Shown here piece after piece: positions 39,235-52,673 of a stretch of 64,000 bases of DNA. The translations under genes were made by a program, and so were the position numbers. Origin of the DNA: Octopus sinensis (lineage: Eukaryota); the NCBI RefSeq assembly GCF_006345805.1, contig NC_043011.1, positions 17,372,464 to 17,436,463 of the forward strand. Direction: 5' to 3'. Positions within the stretch are counted from its first letter, which is position 1; the number at the start of each line of letters is the position of its first letter. A model generated the notes under the pieces. The model saw only the letters and a list, made by a program, of their open reading frames with translations. It was not told the DNA's origin and made no database searches.

Positions 39235-39560
39235 ACGTTGCATATTCCCTAATGAGCAAAAAGATGTAATCATGGGCCCTATGGTTGTAAAGATTAGCTA
39301 CTAAACGACACAAAATTTTGTTGATAGCCTAGATTGACTATAAGAAAGTTTTTGATCGTCTACCACATAACTGGGTTAAGAAATATCTGGAAATGTATAA
39401 AATAGCGCCTACTCTGCGAAAGTTCTTGTCTGTAAGTATGAGCTCATGGAGAAAAACAGTGATTTTGAACAGTGCCAATGAATCTCTTGATGCTGGTGAT
39501 ATGAGAATTTCATGTTGCATTTTCCAGATTAACTCTCTATCAGAACCCCTCTTTTCTGGA
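39235..39560 (+). mobile_element. Third, older R4/Dong-type RT fragment
   Basis: FPNEQK...YGCKD...IDYKKVFDRLPHNWVKKYLEMYKIAPTLRKFLSVSMSSWR...ISCCIFQINSLS. Confidence 0.75.
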
Positions 39561-42061
39561 GGATTTGGCATTTCTTGACCCTCAACACCTGCTCAAAATT
39601 TTATTTGAGAAAGTTGATGTGCGACCGATCGAATGGGAATGTGAAATAACAACAACAACAACAATAATAATAATAATACTTTCTACTCTAGGCACATGAT
39701 ATTTGACTGTTTCATAATAATGTGTTGTATGTATGTGAGTGTGTGAACGTCTGTGTGTGCGTATGAGAGTAGAAAGAGGGAGATAGAGAGGGAGAAAGAG
39801 AGATGGAGAAAGAGAGTGGGTGAGAGAGAGAGAAAGGGAGATTGTCTTCATTAATTTTAATCACATTCACACTGAACCTCTTTCCCCAAAGTAATTAGGT
39901 GAAGTTACCAATCTGTCTGCGCTCACTAACCAGAACATAAGCCCTTCAGAAATCAAGGTCCGTCCGTCACCTACCAAGAGATATTAACAACATCTTGGTT
40001 CACAAGCCATCAATGTTCGAACAATGAACGGGTACGTGTAAAATGGAACAGGGTTAATTGATTAGCTCCGTGAATGTAGATTTTATCTTGAAAAAAAAAG
40101 AAAGAAATGCGACTTAGTACCATAGCAAGGCCAAAAATTCATGGAGATTATACATGGTCAAAAGGTAGAATGTCATCCGAATATAGGTTTCATTCTCTTC
40201 GATGCCCCCAAATAACGAGTCTGTGAAAGTATCATCACAATTACTCACAATCCAGAATATCTGTAATTACTGCAGTTTCAGCATCATTACGAACATTTTA
40301 CAGAGATTTGTTTGAAGACGTTGTTGTCAGATTAATGGACACTTGATCTTTATAAAACGTCCCTTTTTGAAGAAGCGAAAGAGCAGAAACTCAAGATTTT
40401 TTACAAGATAACTCGAGTAATGTGCAAGAAGTTAACTTCTCTCATCTCGCATTCGGATGAGCCAAGGTGTCAGCAGACAATTTCAATCAGCCAAAGATGA
40501 TAAGAAATTTGTTCCTCGCTGAGCCTTGTTTAACAAACATCTTAGATGTTGATTAGGTCTTTTCCCAAAATCCCTCATCCTCGAACAAGAACTATACAGT
40601 AGTTTTGTTTGTCGACGTGGTCACTAATCTGTATTATCGTCTCTTATTCATCTCCAGCTTCGAAATGGTGATCAAAATGCATCTACATTCAGAAACAAGT
40701 GTCCTTGATTGATCTAATGAATCTGGTGAGCGGATAAGCACTAAATAATAAAATAAACTATTGTAAGAAGTTTTAAAATGTCGAGTTGCAGTAGATTTTG
40801 TTCATCCCCAGTGAGAAGAATAAACCTGTATTTTAACCGACGATTCCTTCTACATCTCGCACAGAATTAGCTGAAATGTTTATTATACAATTGTTTGTGT
40901 ATCCAATTATTCATTACATCTTTCTGCTGTTTCATTTGAGAACATATCTCGAATACTAGTATTCTTTGAAAATAATTTTCCTCCATAGTATTTACTACTA
41001 ATAATTTTATTGCAGACGGCTTGTACAGTTCGAATAATTACCTTTAGTTATAAACATTTACAAACATTTATTTGTTTTGATGAAAAGCAAACATTATTTC
41101 TACAGGAAATAGATGACAGAATCTATTAACATTGCTCTTATTGTTACATCAGTTGTCAAAAATGATTGCACTTGCAGATGCCAACGTATCGTAAAGTAGT
41201 TATTCCTATCAAAATAATTCCTGCTTATTTAATTAAATTTTATTTCAATAATTTTGTCAGCATTCATGGCTATTTTATTTCTAATGTCTGGTTATTTCGG
41301 CAACTAATCGCTGGATCAGTTTTATTTGTTGATACAAACTATTCACTATATCACTGCAATGTGCTAGAAACAGATGCCACGTATACTTCACATCAAGTAT
41401 TATCGTCTTAAAACAGAGATGGAAGCCTATCATATGATGTAGTCCTTGTAATGGACCGAATGTTTTTCATCGATCATCGTACTTTTTGTTCAGGGCTGGC
41501 ATGCAGCTATAGAATAACAACAGCTACAGTAACATACCTGCAAATTTTAAACTGATATACATGAAACTATAATTATTTTATAATTTGGTACACATTACAA
41601 TGTACTACATCAAAGCATTATAGGCAAATACATTGTCAACTACATAGCTTTATATTGGACTGTAACTGTGTCTCGTATGACAAAAGTTGGTGGAACTCAG
41701 AATCAATTCATTAGTTTAGATCTGAGGTTGTCTCGTGTGTAAACTGAGGTTACTCTGCCGTGATTCTCTTTGTTTTCCGTACTCTGGTCGATGAAACATG
41801 TACGTAACATGGAACTGCCGATGTTTAATATATTACATTAATATCTTTACGAAAAAGAATATTAGAAAATGTATTCCATGGCTGTATATTATGTGAAAAA
41901 AAAATGCTTTTCTGCTTGCGCCAAGGGAAATATAATAATAATAAAACCATTCATCCGGTATTTTATACGACTAAGTGGAGTCTCCTAATTATATTATCGA
42001 ATGTTCATTAATAGAATTAATAGAACTTGGCAGCAACAAAGTAAATTCAGCATCCCTTCTC

Positions 42062-42067
42062 CATACA

Positions 42068-42103
<36 letters not shown>

Positions 42104-42159
42104 TAAATACATATATACATGCATACATACATACATGCATGCATAAATATATGCATGCA

Positions 42160-42193
<34 letters not shown>

Positions 42194-42277
42194 AATACAT
42201 ATATACATGCATACATACATACATACATACATATATACATACATACATACATACATACATACATACATACATACATG
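42062..42277. repeat. (TACA)n-type microsatellite; representative of dozens of (TA)n, (CA)n, (GA)n, (AAT)n, (GAA)n and (TACA)n tracts
   Basis: Seen directly. Such tracts generate most low-complexity ORFs in the track. Confidence 0.95.
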
Positions 42278-42690
42278 CAATACTTACGAGTGTTTGTGTT
42301 ATTTTGGTCGAATCAGTCTCTTGCCTGAAGTTCCTGGACATCAAGTTCCTGTGCCTCTACGCGTGAAGCCCTGCGTAGCAAGAAAGTGATTCGACTAAAA
42401 TACTTTATATTGAATAAACAATTATAATTTAACTTTCCACAAATTTCTTGGTGTTTATACAAAATTACCTAAGCCAAATTTGAAATGTATATCCAAATTT
42501 TGGTAAATGGTGGGGACTTCTCAGTAGAAATGTATGCTTTATGGCAAATCATTTGGGTTGAGAATAATTACCATCAAAATTGAATTGGGTTTTGGTGATA
42601 TCAGCATTAAGGTTTAATAATATACAGAAGAAAATCAACGCTCTGTTGATGTAACAAAATATGTGGCCAATGGTCTATATGAGATATATA

Positions 42691-42921
42691 TATTTCTTTA
42701 CTACCCATAAGGGGCTAAACACAGAGGGGACAAACAAGGACAGACAAACGGATTAAGTCGATTACATCGACTTCAGTGCGTAACTGGTACTTAATTTATC
42801 GACCCCGAAATGATGAAAGGCAAATTCGATCTCGGCGGAATTTGAACTCAGAACGTAACGGCAGACGAAATACGGCTTCGCATTTCGCCCGGCGTGCTAA
42901 CGTTTCTGCCAGCTCGCCGCC
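42691..42921 (-). mobile_element. Complete short-form SINE family A copy with 15-bp TSD
   Basis: TSD tatatgagatatata at 42676-42690 and 42922-42936. The minus strand begins ggcggcgagctggcagaaacgttagc. Confidence 0.93.
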
Positions 42922-44021
42922 TATATGAGATATATAATGGTGCATAATTGATTTGTACTTAAAAGCCTATTTTAGTCGGCATTTATTGGTCTGTCTGTCA
43001 AGGAGGAGAATTTCTAATATATAGATCGTCACGTGTTGCTTCACGATAATGTGTTTCTCGGTTAAACTTATCTAGTAGCTTTTTTTGATAAATAGGCGTA
43101 TGCAGTTCACATATTCAATGAACGAATAGTTTTGCTGACGAAATTGAAGCGGTCATGATATATGCACTGGTGGACACATTCACAACATACACACATGCAT
43201 GTTTACAGATAGATGATAAGTCAAGACTGTGTCATTTTTTTGTTTGCAGTACGATACAAAATGTTTTAAGTAATACCTACAAATTTACTATAAAATTTAG
43301 AGGCACTACTAAAAGACGAGGTTTCGTACACGAATACGACTACGTAAGCAGTGCGATCGAAGCTACAAAAAAGTAGATATTGGGGGTATATACATATTTC
43401 AGGAATTATTGCTCCTTCATCAGCACCACATTCAACCCATTTACTATCTACAGACACATTGCTAAAATACCCACTATGTCAAGCGGTGTAAAACTACTGG
43501 ATTGACAAATTTACATACCGAACACATTCCTGGTAAATGGAACGTACATATTATTTAGATGTGGTACTAAACAAAGCTTGTGGATATCCTGTCTGAGCAT
43601 GGCTTCGTCTCCCACTGTGGAACAGCAATGTTTGAAGCACTTGTACCATTTATTGATGTGGGTTTGCCCAGAACATTATCACCAAAGATCTGTCGAATCC
43701 TCTGGATGGTTTGAGCTTGATAATCTGCAAGCTTTTCGTAAAAAGTTGATGTAGTATCTCTTTGATGCATTCAGTAAAAACGAAAATCTGATGAGTGCGC
43801 GCTACACGGATACAATTCTGGCGTAAGCCGAGAACTGACGCTCCTTATTGGGGTGAAAATGTTCATGCGTGCGCAAGAATGGTGGTGTCAACTCTCATTC
43901 AAAGTGGTGTGCCCATGCGACATTAGTTTTAGAGGGTAAAAAATAGTCAGATAATTTTGATCGCACCTCGTATACATACATACATACATACATACATACA
44001 TACATACATACATACATACAT

Positions 44022-44362
44022 AGGGTAAAGATACCCTTCGGTAATGAATGACTATGGGATTGAACCTAGAACGTTATCCTCTGAGGTACAAATCTGGGGA
44101 AGGTTGTTTATGGAAGACCAGCAGTCACCCATGCATACCGACCTCCCCTCACCACACCACCGATGTTAATCAAGGGAAAGGCAAAGGCCGATACAACTTG
44201 GTGCCAGTGACGTCGAAACTTATTTCGACAGCTGAATGATCTGGAGCAACGTGAAATAAAGTGTCTTGCTCAAGAACACAGCACACAACCCGGTCCTAGA
44301 ATCGAACTAACTGCCTCATGATTGTGGGCCCAACGCTCTAATCCCTGAGACATGGTCCTTCA
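44022..44362 (-). mobile_element. tRNA-derived SINE family C with (TGTA)n tail
   Basis: Minus strand: gattagagcgttgggc...gttcgattctaggaccggg...gttcttgagcaagacactttatttc. (TACA)n at its 3' end. Confidence 0.8.
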
Positions 44363-45737
44363 ATAGTATATACATACGTACATATATACACTTATATGTA
44401 TGTGTGTATGCATGTACATATATATGCGTGCATGTGTGTGTATGTATACATACATATATATGTATATGTAAGTGTGTATGTGTGCATATTGATAGGAATA
44501 GATAAACAGACAGATAGACAGGCAGATAGATAGAAAGTTATATGTGAAAAAAAAACAGCAAGTAGTACTATTTTAAAGCAAACGTCACTTAGTTATCGGA
44601 ACCCCTATACAGTAAAGATTTTTGCTGAAAATCTCTGATGGTATTTTACACTTCTTTAAAAATGTGACGTTGCTCATTGTTGAAAAGATTCAAGCATTGA
44701 TTGTGAATCCATATATGTAATCTGGAACTGGAATTGCATCAACAGAGAATATACTGTAAGATGATGTAACACAAATTATATTTTCTCTCTTTTTGCAGCG
44801 TTTTAGTGATTTGTTTTCAAGCAATTATGTGTATGATGCTCGTAGCAGTACCTACTTCATGCTAGCAATAGGGAGAGAAGATAGATTGAAGATTCTTCTC
44901 ACATATTTCCCGATTCAGTACTTCATCTGCACAATCCAATTCGGCAGTCACTATATCGTTTCACAAATTACGAGATATAGCAGTAAAGTCTTATTTCAAA
45001 CCAAAGCCTGCTACCTTGAAAGCCAAGAGACTTCAGTTAAATAATGGAGCCCCAGATGAACTATATTAAAGAAAAAATATGGGAATGTTAGAACTGAAAC
45101 GTCTTCGATAAGTCAGCTCGATTAGGACTGATTCATAGCAAATACACTTTAACAAGGAGAAAAGAGACAATATTTACCTGAATAATGTTTGTAGAACACA
45201 GTAACTCAGCCGTTCCAGTGCTGACCAAAGAAATATAAATGCATATTACAAATGTCTTATTAAAGTTTCTGCATGGCATTTGAGCTTGTAAAGTTATATA
45301 TTTCTAAATTGCTGTTGCTTAACCACAAGGTAGCTCTATTGAAGTGTATCGGTCTTCGCCATCACATATTTATCTTTTCAATGTAATTTATTCAGGATAT
45401 ATTATCGAGTAAATCTTTCATTTATTAAAACGGTAGCATGCAATATGTGGGACATTTTTGCAGCTCTTTCTTGGATAACGAACGATCATGTAGCAACTAA
45501 TCTTCTGATTTGGGGATGGAATCTAGTAGCCATCGGTGGACTGGAAGACATTTGTACAAGTAACTAAAATATCACTTGCACAGATCTCTCACTGTTTTTG
45601 GAAATTACTTTTACCTGCTTATTTACTGCAACCGGAAACCAAGCCTCTTCTTCAAGCAATATACATTGTATTAAACGTGGCACACTAGAAATCATCGACC
45701 CACTCCAACGACCCACTTTAATAATCTAGATACTCAA

Positions 45738-45962
45738 CCTATTTCTTTACTACCCACAAGGGGCTAACTACAGTGAGGACAAACAAGGACAGACAAACGG
45801 ATTACATCGATCCCAGGGCGTTACTGGTACTTGATTTATCGACCCCGAATGGATGAAAGGTAAAGTCGACCTCGGTGGAATTTGAACTCAGAATGTAACG
45901 ACAGACGAAACGCCGCTAGGCATTTCGCCCGGTGTGCTAACATTTCTTCCAGTTCGCCGCCT
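45738..45962 (-). mobile_element. SINE family A copy
   Basis: Colinear with 42691-42921. Confidence 0.85.
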
Positions 45963-46624
45963 TATACGTAACCATTTGCATTGTCTCTATATTCTTGATG
46001 CTACAAAGTAGATCTCCAGGTTTAAACCAACCCTGTATATAACAGTTAAAATCGTGTATCTATGTATAAAAGCCGTGTAGATGAAGATACATGTGTATAA
46101 CATGCAGTGTTGGCAAACACCTAATAATATAGCCCGTATCAGAGTAGAGCATTGCAATAGAACACTATTAATGCACCAATAAGTCTTAATATTAATACGC
46201 TTTATATATTGTGTTTCAGTGCAGAATAAAGCACGTACAATTCTACTCTGTTTAGAGAGAAACTAAAGGACTTCTTTATACAAATATTTCCTATCCGCAT
46301 TTGTTTGTACCTAAAATGGTTGGAAACCAATGATAGAAAAAATCATAAATCAGTCTTTGATCTCTGTCCTTTTGGTGTCTGTACAACGTAATGGGTTCTT
46401 AATATCTAGATGTGATTTAATATGCGTCCGTTGACAAGTACGTATTATGTAATGAAACTAGTCTTGTATCTCTACGTTGGCTTCCTGCTAATATGCATTG
46501 TTGTATTCTTGCAGAATACATTGATGAGGTGATTATGGAAACCTTAGGCAATTTAAGTTACTCATTACATATATTTCCTATGTTTTATGATATATATACG
46601 GTTATATCATTTATACATATACAT

Positions 46625-46658
<34 letters not shown>

Positions 46659-47147
46659 GAAGAATAGTTCTTCGACAAGAATCCCTGCACTTAAACGTAT
46701 GCAAACATCCATTTGGTTTACACTTGATTTGATTTGGACTTGATTTGATTCCAAATATGATATACTTTGATTACATTCCGGCGTATCATGTAAACAGCGT
46801 GGTCCAACTAAGAGAATATATAATCAAATTGATTAAGAATCGTAAAACGAAGAAATACCGTGCTTTTCTTAGGCTGTTCACTCGGTTTGTTCTGTATATT
46901 AGAAATTATTAATGTTAGGAAGTTTAAATGTTATTAAGATACAAAAAAGCCCCCCCCCCGCAAAAAAACAAACAAACAAAAACGAATGGCTTATTTGTAA
47001 ATAGAGAAATTTTACTAATAAAATAGGTAAATGCAATTTCAAATGTAATTACAACTTATGAAAATATAAATATTCTTTGGAAATAATTAGTTTAGGGACA
47101 ATGTTAAATGTGATATACATGCATAAGCACACACACACACACACACA

Positions 47148-47211
<64 letters not shown>

Positions 47212-47305
47212 GCACACACACATATATAAAGAGTAAGAGGGAGAGAGAGTTATATTCAATATGTATATATATACATATATATATATATATTATATATATA
47301 TATAT

Positions 47306-47366
<61 letters not shown>

Positions 47367-49492
47367 ATAATTGTATATACAGTATTAGATTATATATTGA
47401 ACATAACTCTAGCAAGTAAGCAGGTATGATAGCTGTCAAACCGGCAGAGGAAGTAGTCTAAATAGAATAGACTTTCGTCAATAAACAAGGAAATTTTTAT
47501 GCCATCCCTAAATTAGTTTTACGTTATAACTACATTTCTACACATCCTACGTATTCAAAATAAGGACAAGCTGCTCCACTCCTGAAACTATTAGACAAAA
47601 TTCACTAAACTTTGGACGGTTTTGTACTGAAATATATTTGAAGTTTTCTGTGAATTATGTATGCACACCTTTACTATTGAAATCGTCTTAAGCATATTTT
47701 ATTGAGTTTTCTGATATGTAATATTTTTATTTTCTAAAGATCATTCAGTTTTCATAATATATTTACTATAAATGCGTTCTGAGTTAGCTTTGTTGTAACA
47801 CAGTCATCCACACACTCCCACTTGCACCAGCGCTAGAGATTTTTTAGGTGTTTTTAGCATATTTTCACTGTTTAACGAATAATTCTTTGTCTTTACGTCT
47901 TAGAACGTTTTGGTTTTGTTCATATTGCAATAATTTACATTTAGTTTTCAAATGAGTATAAAATGCATTAAACCGGGGTTATTTAGAATATTCCTCTGAC
48001 TGACCTAGGTTCATTAAATTTCCTAAAAGCAAATTCAAACAAATATTTGTTTAACCCTTAGGTCATTTGCCCCAAGGACAACTATTCCATAATAATGATT
48101 TGCATTCGTTAGATAAAACCCATTAAAATCTTTGGAAAGTGATCGTTATTCTATTCCATTTGCTTTTATGATAATTTGCAAATGTCATAGTAATATAAAT
48201 AAAACAATACATAAATTCAAAGAACGCTGGAACACATACGAAAATATATGCGACATATTTCTCTAATCCACTTAGAAACACATTCAGAAATCCATATGCT
48301 CTTACCAGGTCTCATGAATGTCAAAAACTTAGGCAAACGCAAAGTAGTTTGATATGAATAACGGTGTCAATAACTAATTCATTTAAATTAGAGGTTATAT
48401 GGTAATTACTGCATCATTGGGAGAAAGCTGTTTTGCTTGTGAATAATGGTCCATAATTTTGTTTGCGTCTTCCTTCCGTTTGAAAATTGCTGTTCAGTTA
48501 GCTTGCAAGTGAATAAATTAGATGGATATCATAATGTTCAGTTTTTAATTGAATAAATTAGATTGGGGCATAAGTAATACAATGTCAGAGTAAATATATT
48601 GCAATATTTTATTTAAACAGACACTAAACAAACAAAGTAGTTGACTGAACAAGTAATTAGCATTCTTCATTGTCTTTTCTTGATCTCGAGCGAATAAGAT
48701 GTCCTCTATGTCATCATTTAACATTCAGTATATAACAACCAAATATTTTACATTTTTAAACATGGGAGCGACGGATACAAGTTTGAAATCTGAAAGCATG
48801 ACTCACCAATATTTTGAATTGTAAACGTTTTTTCTTCAGCCTTCCAAATTTCATTTGTTAAGCATAAGGCATATCCACTGCTTATTTTATCGGATATATT
48901 TTCTTCCACACGCAAGTGCTCGTGTAGAAAGTTAATAAAGTTTTAGGAAAGAGATTGACGAATCGCCAAAATTGTTTGTAATTTTTATTTTAATTTCTCT
49001 ACATCCTGGATTCAACAGTAATGAAAGTTATCTTTGGTTTTAATTAATTAATTATCAGGTATATATTGGATTTAATCCAATTTGAATGCGTTCCTTTCTA
49101 CAATATATGGGCTTATTTATAGAAAATGTTCTTGATAATCTTATGAGATTGGGGAGAAAACATCCACCGTAATCAGTAAAATATCAACTGTGTATCATAA
49201 GATATCGCTGCTGAGAAAATCCAGATGATGATTAGCTTGAATTACATGAAATATTTACCAACAAATGCAACATTCGGAAATAAGATTAATACAGTGGAGC
49301 TCCAAAAATTACTTAGAAATCTAATGTACACAAGGAACAGGGGAAACCATTTCTGTTAATATCAAATAACTTTATGAGCATCTTCATTCACTTTTATGAA
49401 ACTCGGTAGGTAAACTACTGTAAAAATCCACGCATAATCTGTATTTTTTTTCAGAAGTGTATGAACATTGCCGTTCACATCATGGACGATAC

Positions 49493-49891
49493 TTACTTAC
49501 TTGTACTTGTAGCGACATTCACCCTGGGTGGGTTGAGTCGGCCTCTTCCACCACCCTTGAGGCATCTCGAACCATGGCAGTGGGAGAAGTTTCGTGGGAA
49601 TATGAATTTCACCAGCGGTCCCCAACAATCCCGCATGTAGAGACATCCCGTTTGCCGCAGATTGTACGCAGACGCAGGGACAGGAACGACCGTGGAGCCG
49701 CTGGTTGCCGAAACGGACACGCCGAGGATTTTCACCAGAGCCCCGTCTGCCGAGTTGTGGCCCTAATACTACTCGGTGTCCGACCAATCTGGCTTGGGTG
49801 GCCCTACCAGGAACCGAAGTTCCTGACGGCATAGCTCTGACACTACCCGTTGCCAGCGTCCCCACCACGGTGAGGAAAGGATAGACCTTGG
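49493..49891 (-). mobile_element. ~400-bp RTE-derived non-autonomous element (5'-UTR-like head joined to an RTE-like 3' end) with 9-bp TSD
   Basis: GC-rich island. ggacgatac at 49484-49492 and 49892-49900. The minus strand ends caagtacaagtaagtaagta. The head contains agagctatgccg...tggtagggccacccaagccaga. Confidence 0.7.
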
Positions 49892-50011
49892 GGACGATAC
49901 CGTGCATTAGATGAACATTTCACTTGCTGTACATACATTAAGAACTACGGTGATAGTGATAGATTAAGATACCAACAGGCTAGTACACCCTTATTGCCAA
50001 TACTGTACCGG

Positions 50012-50779
50012 CAGCTGACTTTACATATGAACGAATCTGAAATGATTCTGACGAGAGGTTAGTTTACGGCTCAAGCTGCATTGAAACTGAATGGGATTCA
50101 ACAGCGCTGGGAATGCAATAAATATACCCTCACATGTCTATATTCTAATGAATATTTTACAGGAAAACCAGTCTTATATTTCAACACTGGAGCATATGGT
50201 TTATTTTCAGATACAACCCCACACAAACACACATACACCCCCACACACACACATATATATATATATTATATAAAATTCGTTCTGTCTGTGTGTGTGTTTT
50301 CTAGGATCTCGGGCATCCTCCATCCGATTGCGCTCAAATTTGATGTGTAGATACCGACGGTATCAGAGCGTGTATAAGTCTTGAAAAAATTACAAAGATA
50401 GATTCCAGGTCAGAATGCGATCGATAAAGCCGTGGGAATGTGCATTTGTAAAATCGTTTTTCTTGGAATAGAAAAAGTCTATCTTTATTTCTCCGTTTTT
50501 TCTCCTATTTTTCTCCGTTATTTCTCCTATCTTTATTTCTCCGATTTCTCCGGTGTATGTGTGTTTGTGTGGGGTTGTATCTGAAAATAAACCATATGCT
50601 CCAGTGTTGAAATATAAGACTGGTTTTCCTGTAAAATATTCATTAGAATATAGACATGTGAGGGTATATTTATTGCATTCCCAGCGCTGTTGAATCCCAT
50701 TCAGTTTCAATGCAGCTTGAGCCGTAAACTAACCTCTCGTCAGAATCATTTCAGATTCGTTCATATGTAAAGTCAGCTG
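50012..50779. repeat. Perfect 228-bp inverted repeat around a 312-bp Helitron-like spacer
   Basis: 50012-50239 is the reverse complement of 50552-50779; no mismatch seen. The same ORF N-terminus appears on both strands in the track. Confidence 0.95.
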
Positions 50780-50798
50780 TCTCAAATTTAGCTTAAAT

Positions 50799-50858
50799 CA
50801 GTGTTTCTCAAAGGGGAGGCTTATGGTACGGTTGGACAAGTTGTTTTGAGAAAATCTG
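50799..50858. mobile_element. 60-bp hAT (Charlie/Buster-like) mini-element
   Basis: cagtgtttctcaaa...tttgagaaaatctg, flanked by 8-bp gcttaaat / gtttaaat. Confidence 0.5.
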
Positions 50859-51399
50859 GTTTAAATATTTGACAACTCATCACCGTCCACTGGACGGGGG
50901 CGTTTTGCTTGTATATACATTTCAGAATATACCATTATTATGAAAATATCTGAGTAGCAAAGTCATCCGAACAGTAAACATTCTTCTGTGATACCGCAGT
51001 CCTCAAGCACTCCACCCGAACTGCAAAGCATCTTGTGGTTCAATGCTAAAAGTGTCTCTACTAATTTTACGGAATCCTCCTTCATTTTACTTCTTAAGTG
51101 TGGCATGTTTTCTACGCAAGGATCCCTTGGAGAAATCATCTACATTTGATGTTGGTTTGCATCCAAGTTCACATTGAACACACTAGATTAAATCATCTTT
51201 ATAAGTATCTGTTACGACTCCATTAGGCCGACCAAAATTCAAATATACTTATCAAGTGCAAAATCATCTTCTGTCACTTTAATTCACCAATATATCTTCC
51301 ATTACCCTCAAATAATACACTCCAGAGGTATATCTTATGTCTGTCAAACATTCCACTATTTCTATACAAGAGTATACTCTTGTATATACAAAGACTAGA

Positions 51400-51560
51400 A
51401 TGTGTTTAGGTCTCAATAATGGAAATAACTCTGACCCAGCGAATTATCGTCTTCTCATTTCAACCATCTTAAGTATGGTCGAGTCGGACATTAACAACAA
51501 CTTTCTCCAACATATTGAATCTCTTTCCCTTTTCATGAGCACCAGCACAGCTTGTGTAAA
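51400..51560 (+). mobile_element. Short, decayed CR1/L2/Jockey-like RT fragment
   Basis: GNNSDPANYRLLISTILSMVESDINNNFLQHIES resembles DPxNYRPISL...KxMESII. Confidence 0.45.
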
Positions 51561-52404
51561 GTTAGTGAAGAACTTGTCCTGTGCAGTTTAGCAGTGGGTA
51601 AAAAAGTATAACGTTGCAAACGTCGTCAGTAAAAAATTCGACAGTGTTAAGCAATCAAATGTCCGTCTTACACTTCTTCGATCGGTCAGACACAAGACAT
51701 GCATACATATAGATTTATGTATATTTGTCTTTATATGAATTCCTCCTGTATAATGCAAATTTACTAAATTTCACTTGTAAGTCATAAGGAAATCAGTAGC
51801 CGATGATCATTCGGATAACGGCATAACCACAACTCAGTATGTTTATATTCATGCTGAAGTTTTGAAACAAGGAAAGACAACTGATAATGACAACACCAGT
51901 GCTACATGTATTTTACATGTGTTCGTGTGTGTGGGGATCAATGTGAATACATGTATGTCTGTCTACAAATGTATCTATGTATATAAATATGTGTGCTTCA
52001 TCGTGTGCAGCGTGTGTGTGTTAACAAAAAGAACACTTGCTATAACATCAACATGCATGGAAACGTAAGTACTTATACAATATTAGTTTTATGTGCTCAC
52101 TGTCGTTTCGTCTTTTACTTTAACTCAATTTGATGCCTGCAGCAAAGAAGCTATTATTGACGAAACTATGAAAAGGGTTGGAGTCTATGAACTGCAAAAG
52201 TAAAAAGCAGACAGCGTAAGGTATCACCTTTAACATCCTGACAATTTTCCCAATTTCTTGCCTTGGATTGATATTTAGTTACCTAGCTTAAAAAGGCAAA
52301 GGACAAAGTCGGCTTCGTTGAAATTCCAAGATCTCACTGTCTATCTAGCACTCTAATACGTACGTACATACGTGCAGATACATGTTGGGGATGCATATAT
52401 ATTA

Positions 52405-52437
<33 letters not shown>

Positions 52438-52535
52438 ATATATAATATAATTCGAGACAAAACCACTATTTTGCAAAACAAACAAGGAAAGACTTAATCA
52501 ATACATAAAAATTTTTAATATAAAGAAATAAACCG

Positions 52536-52578
52536 CCACTACAATCGTTTCATGTCTTCAATGACATTCGTCAGGTGG
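52536..52578 (-). ncRNA. Minimal type-I hammerhead ribozyme (mirror copy)
   Basis: Exact reverse complement of 52631-52673. Confidence 0.75.
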
Positions 52579-52630
52579 ATTTTCGATCTCCTAATCTGTT
52601 TTAATTAAAACAGATTAGGAGATCGAAAAT

Positions 52631-52673
52631 CCACCTGACGAATGTCATTGAAGACATGAAACGATTGTAGTGG
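52631..52673 (+). ncRNA. Minimal type-I hammerhead ribozyme, Penelope-like form
   Basis: CCAC-CUGACGA-AUGUC(AUUGAA)GACAU-GAA-AC(GAUU)GU-A|GUGG: complete core, 5-bp stem II, 4-bp stem I, GUA triplet (cut after 52669), self-complementary ACGAUUGU stem III. Confidence 0.8.

Noticed and set aside
43250-46600. Several plus-strand acceptor-like sites followed by hydrophobic peptides
   Set aside because: Multiple stops, no recognisable family motif and no consistent exon chain.
50076-50130. CTGACGA...GAAAC inside the 228-bp arm as a hammerhead
   Set aside because: No stem II closes directly onto GAAA, and stems I and III do not form.
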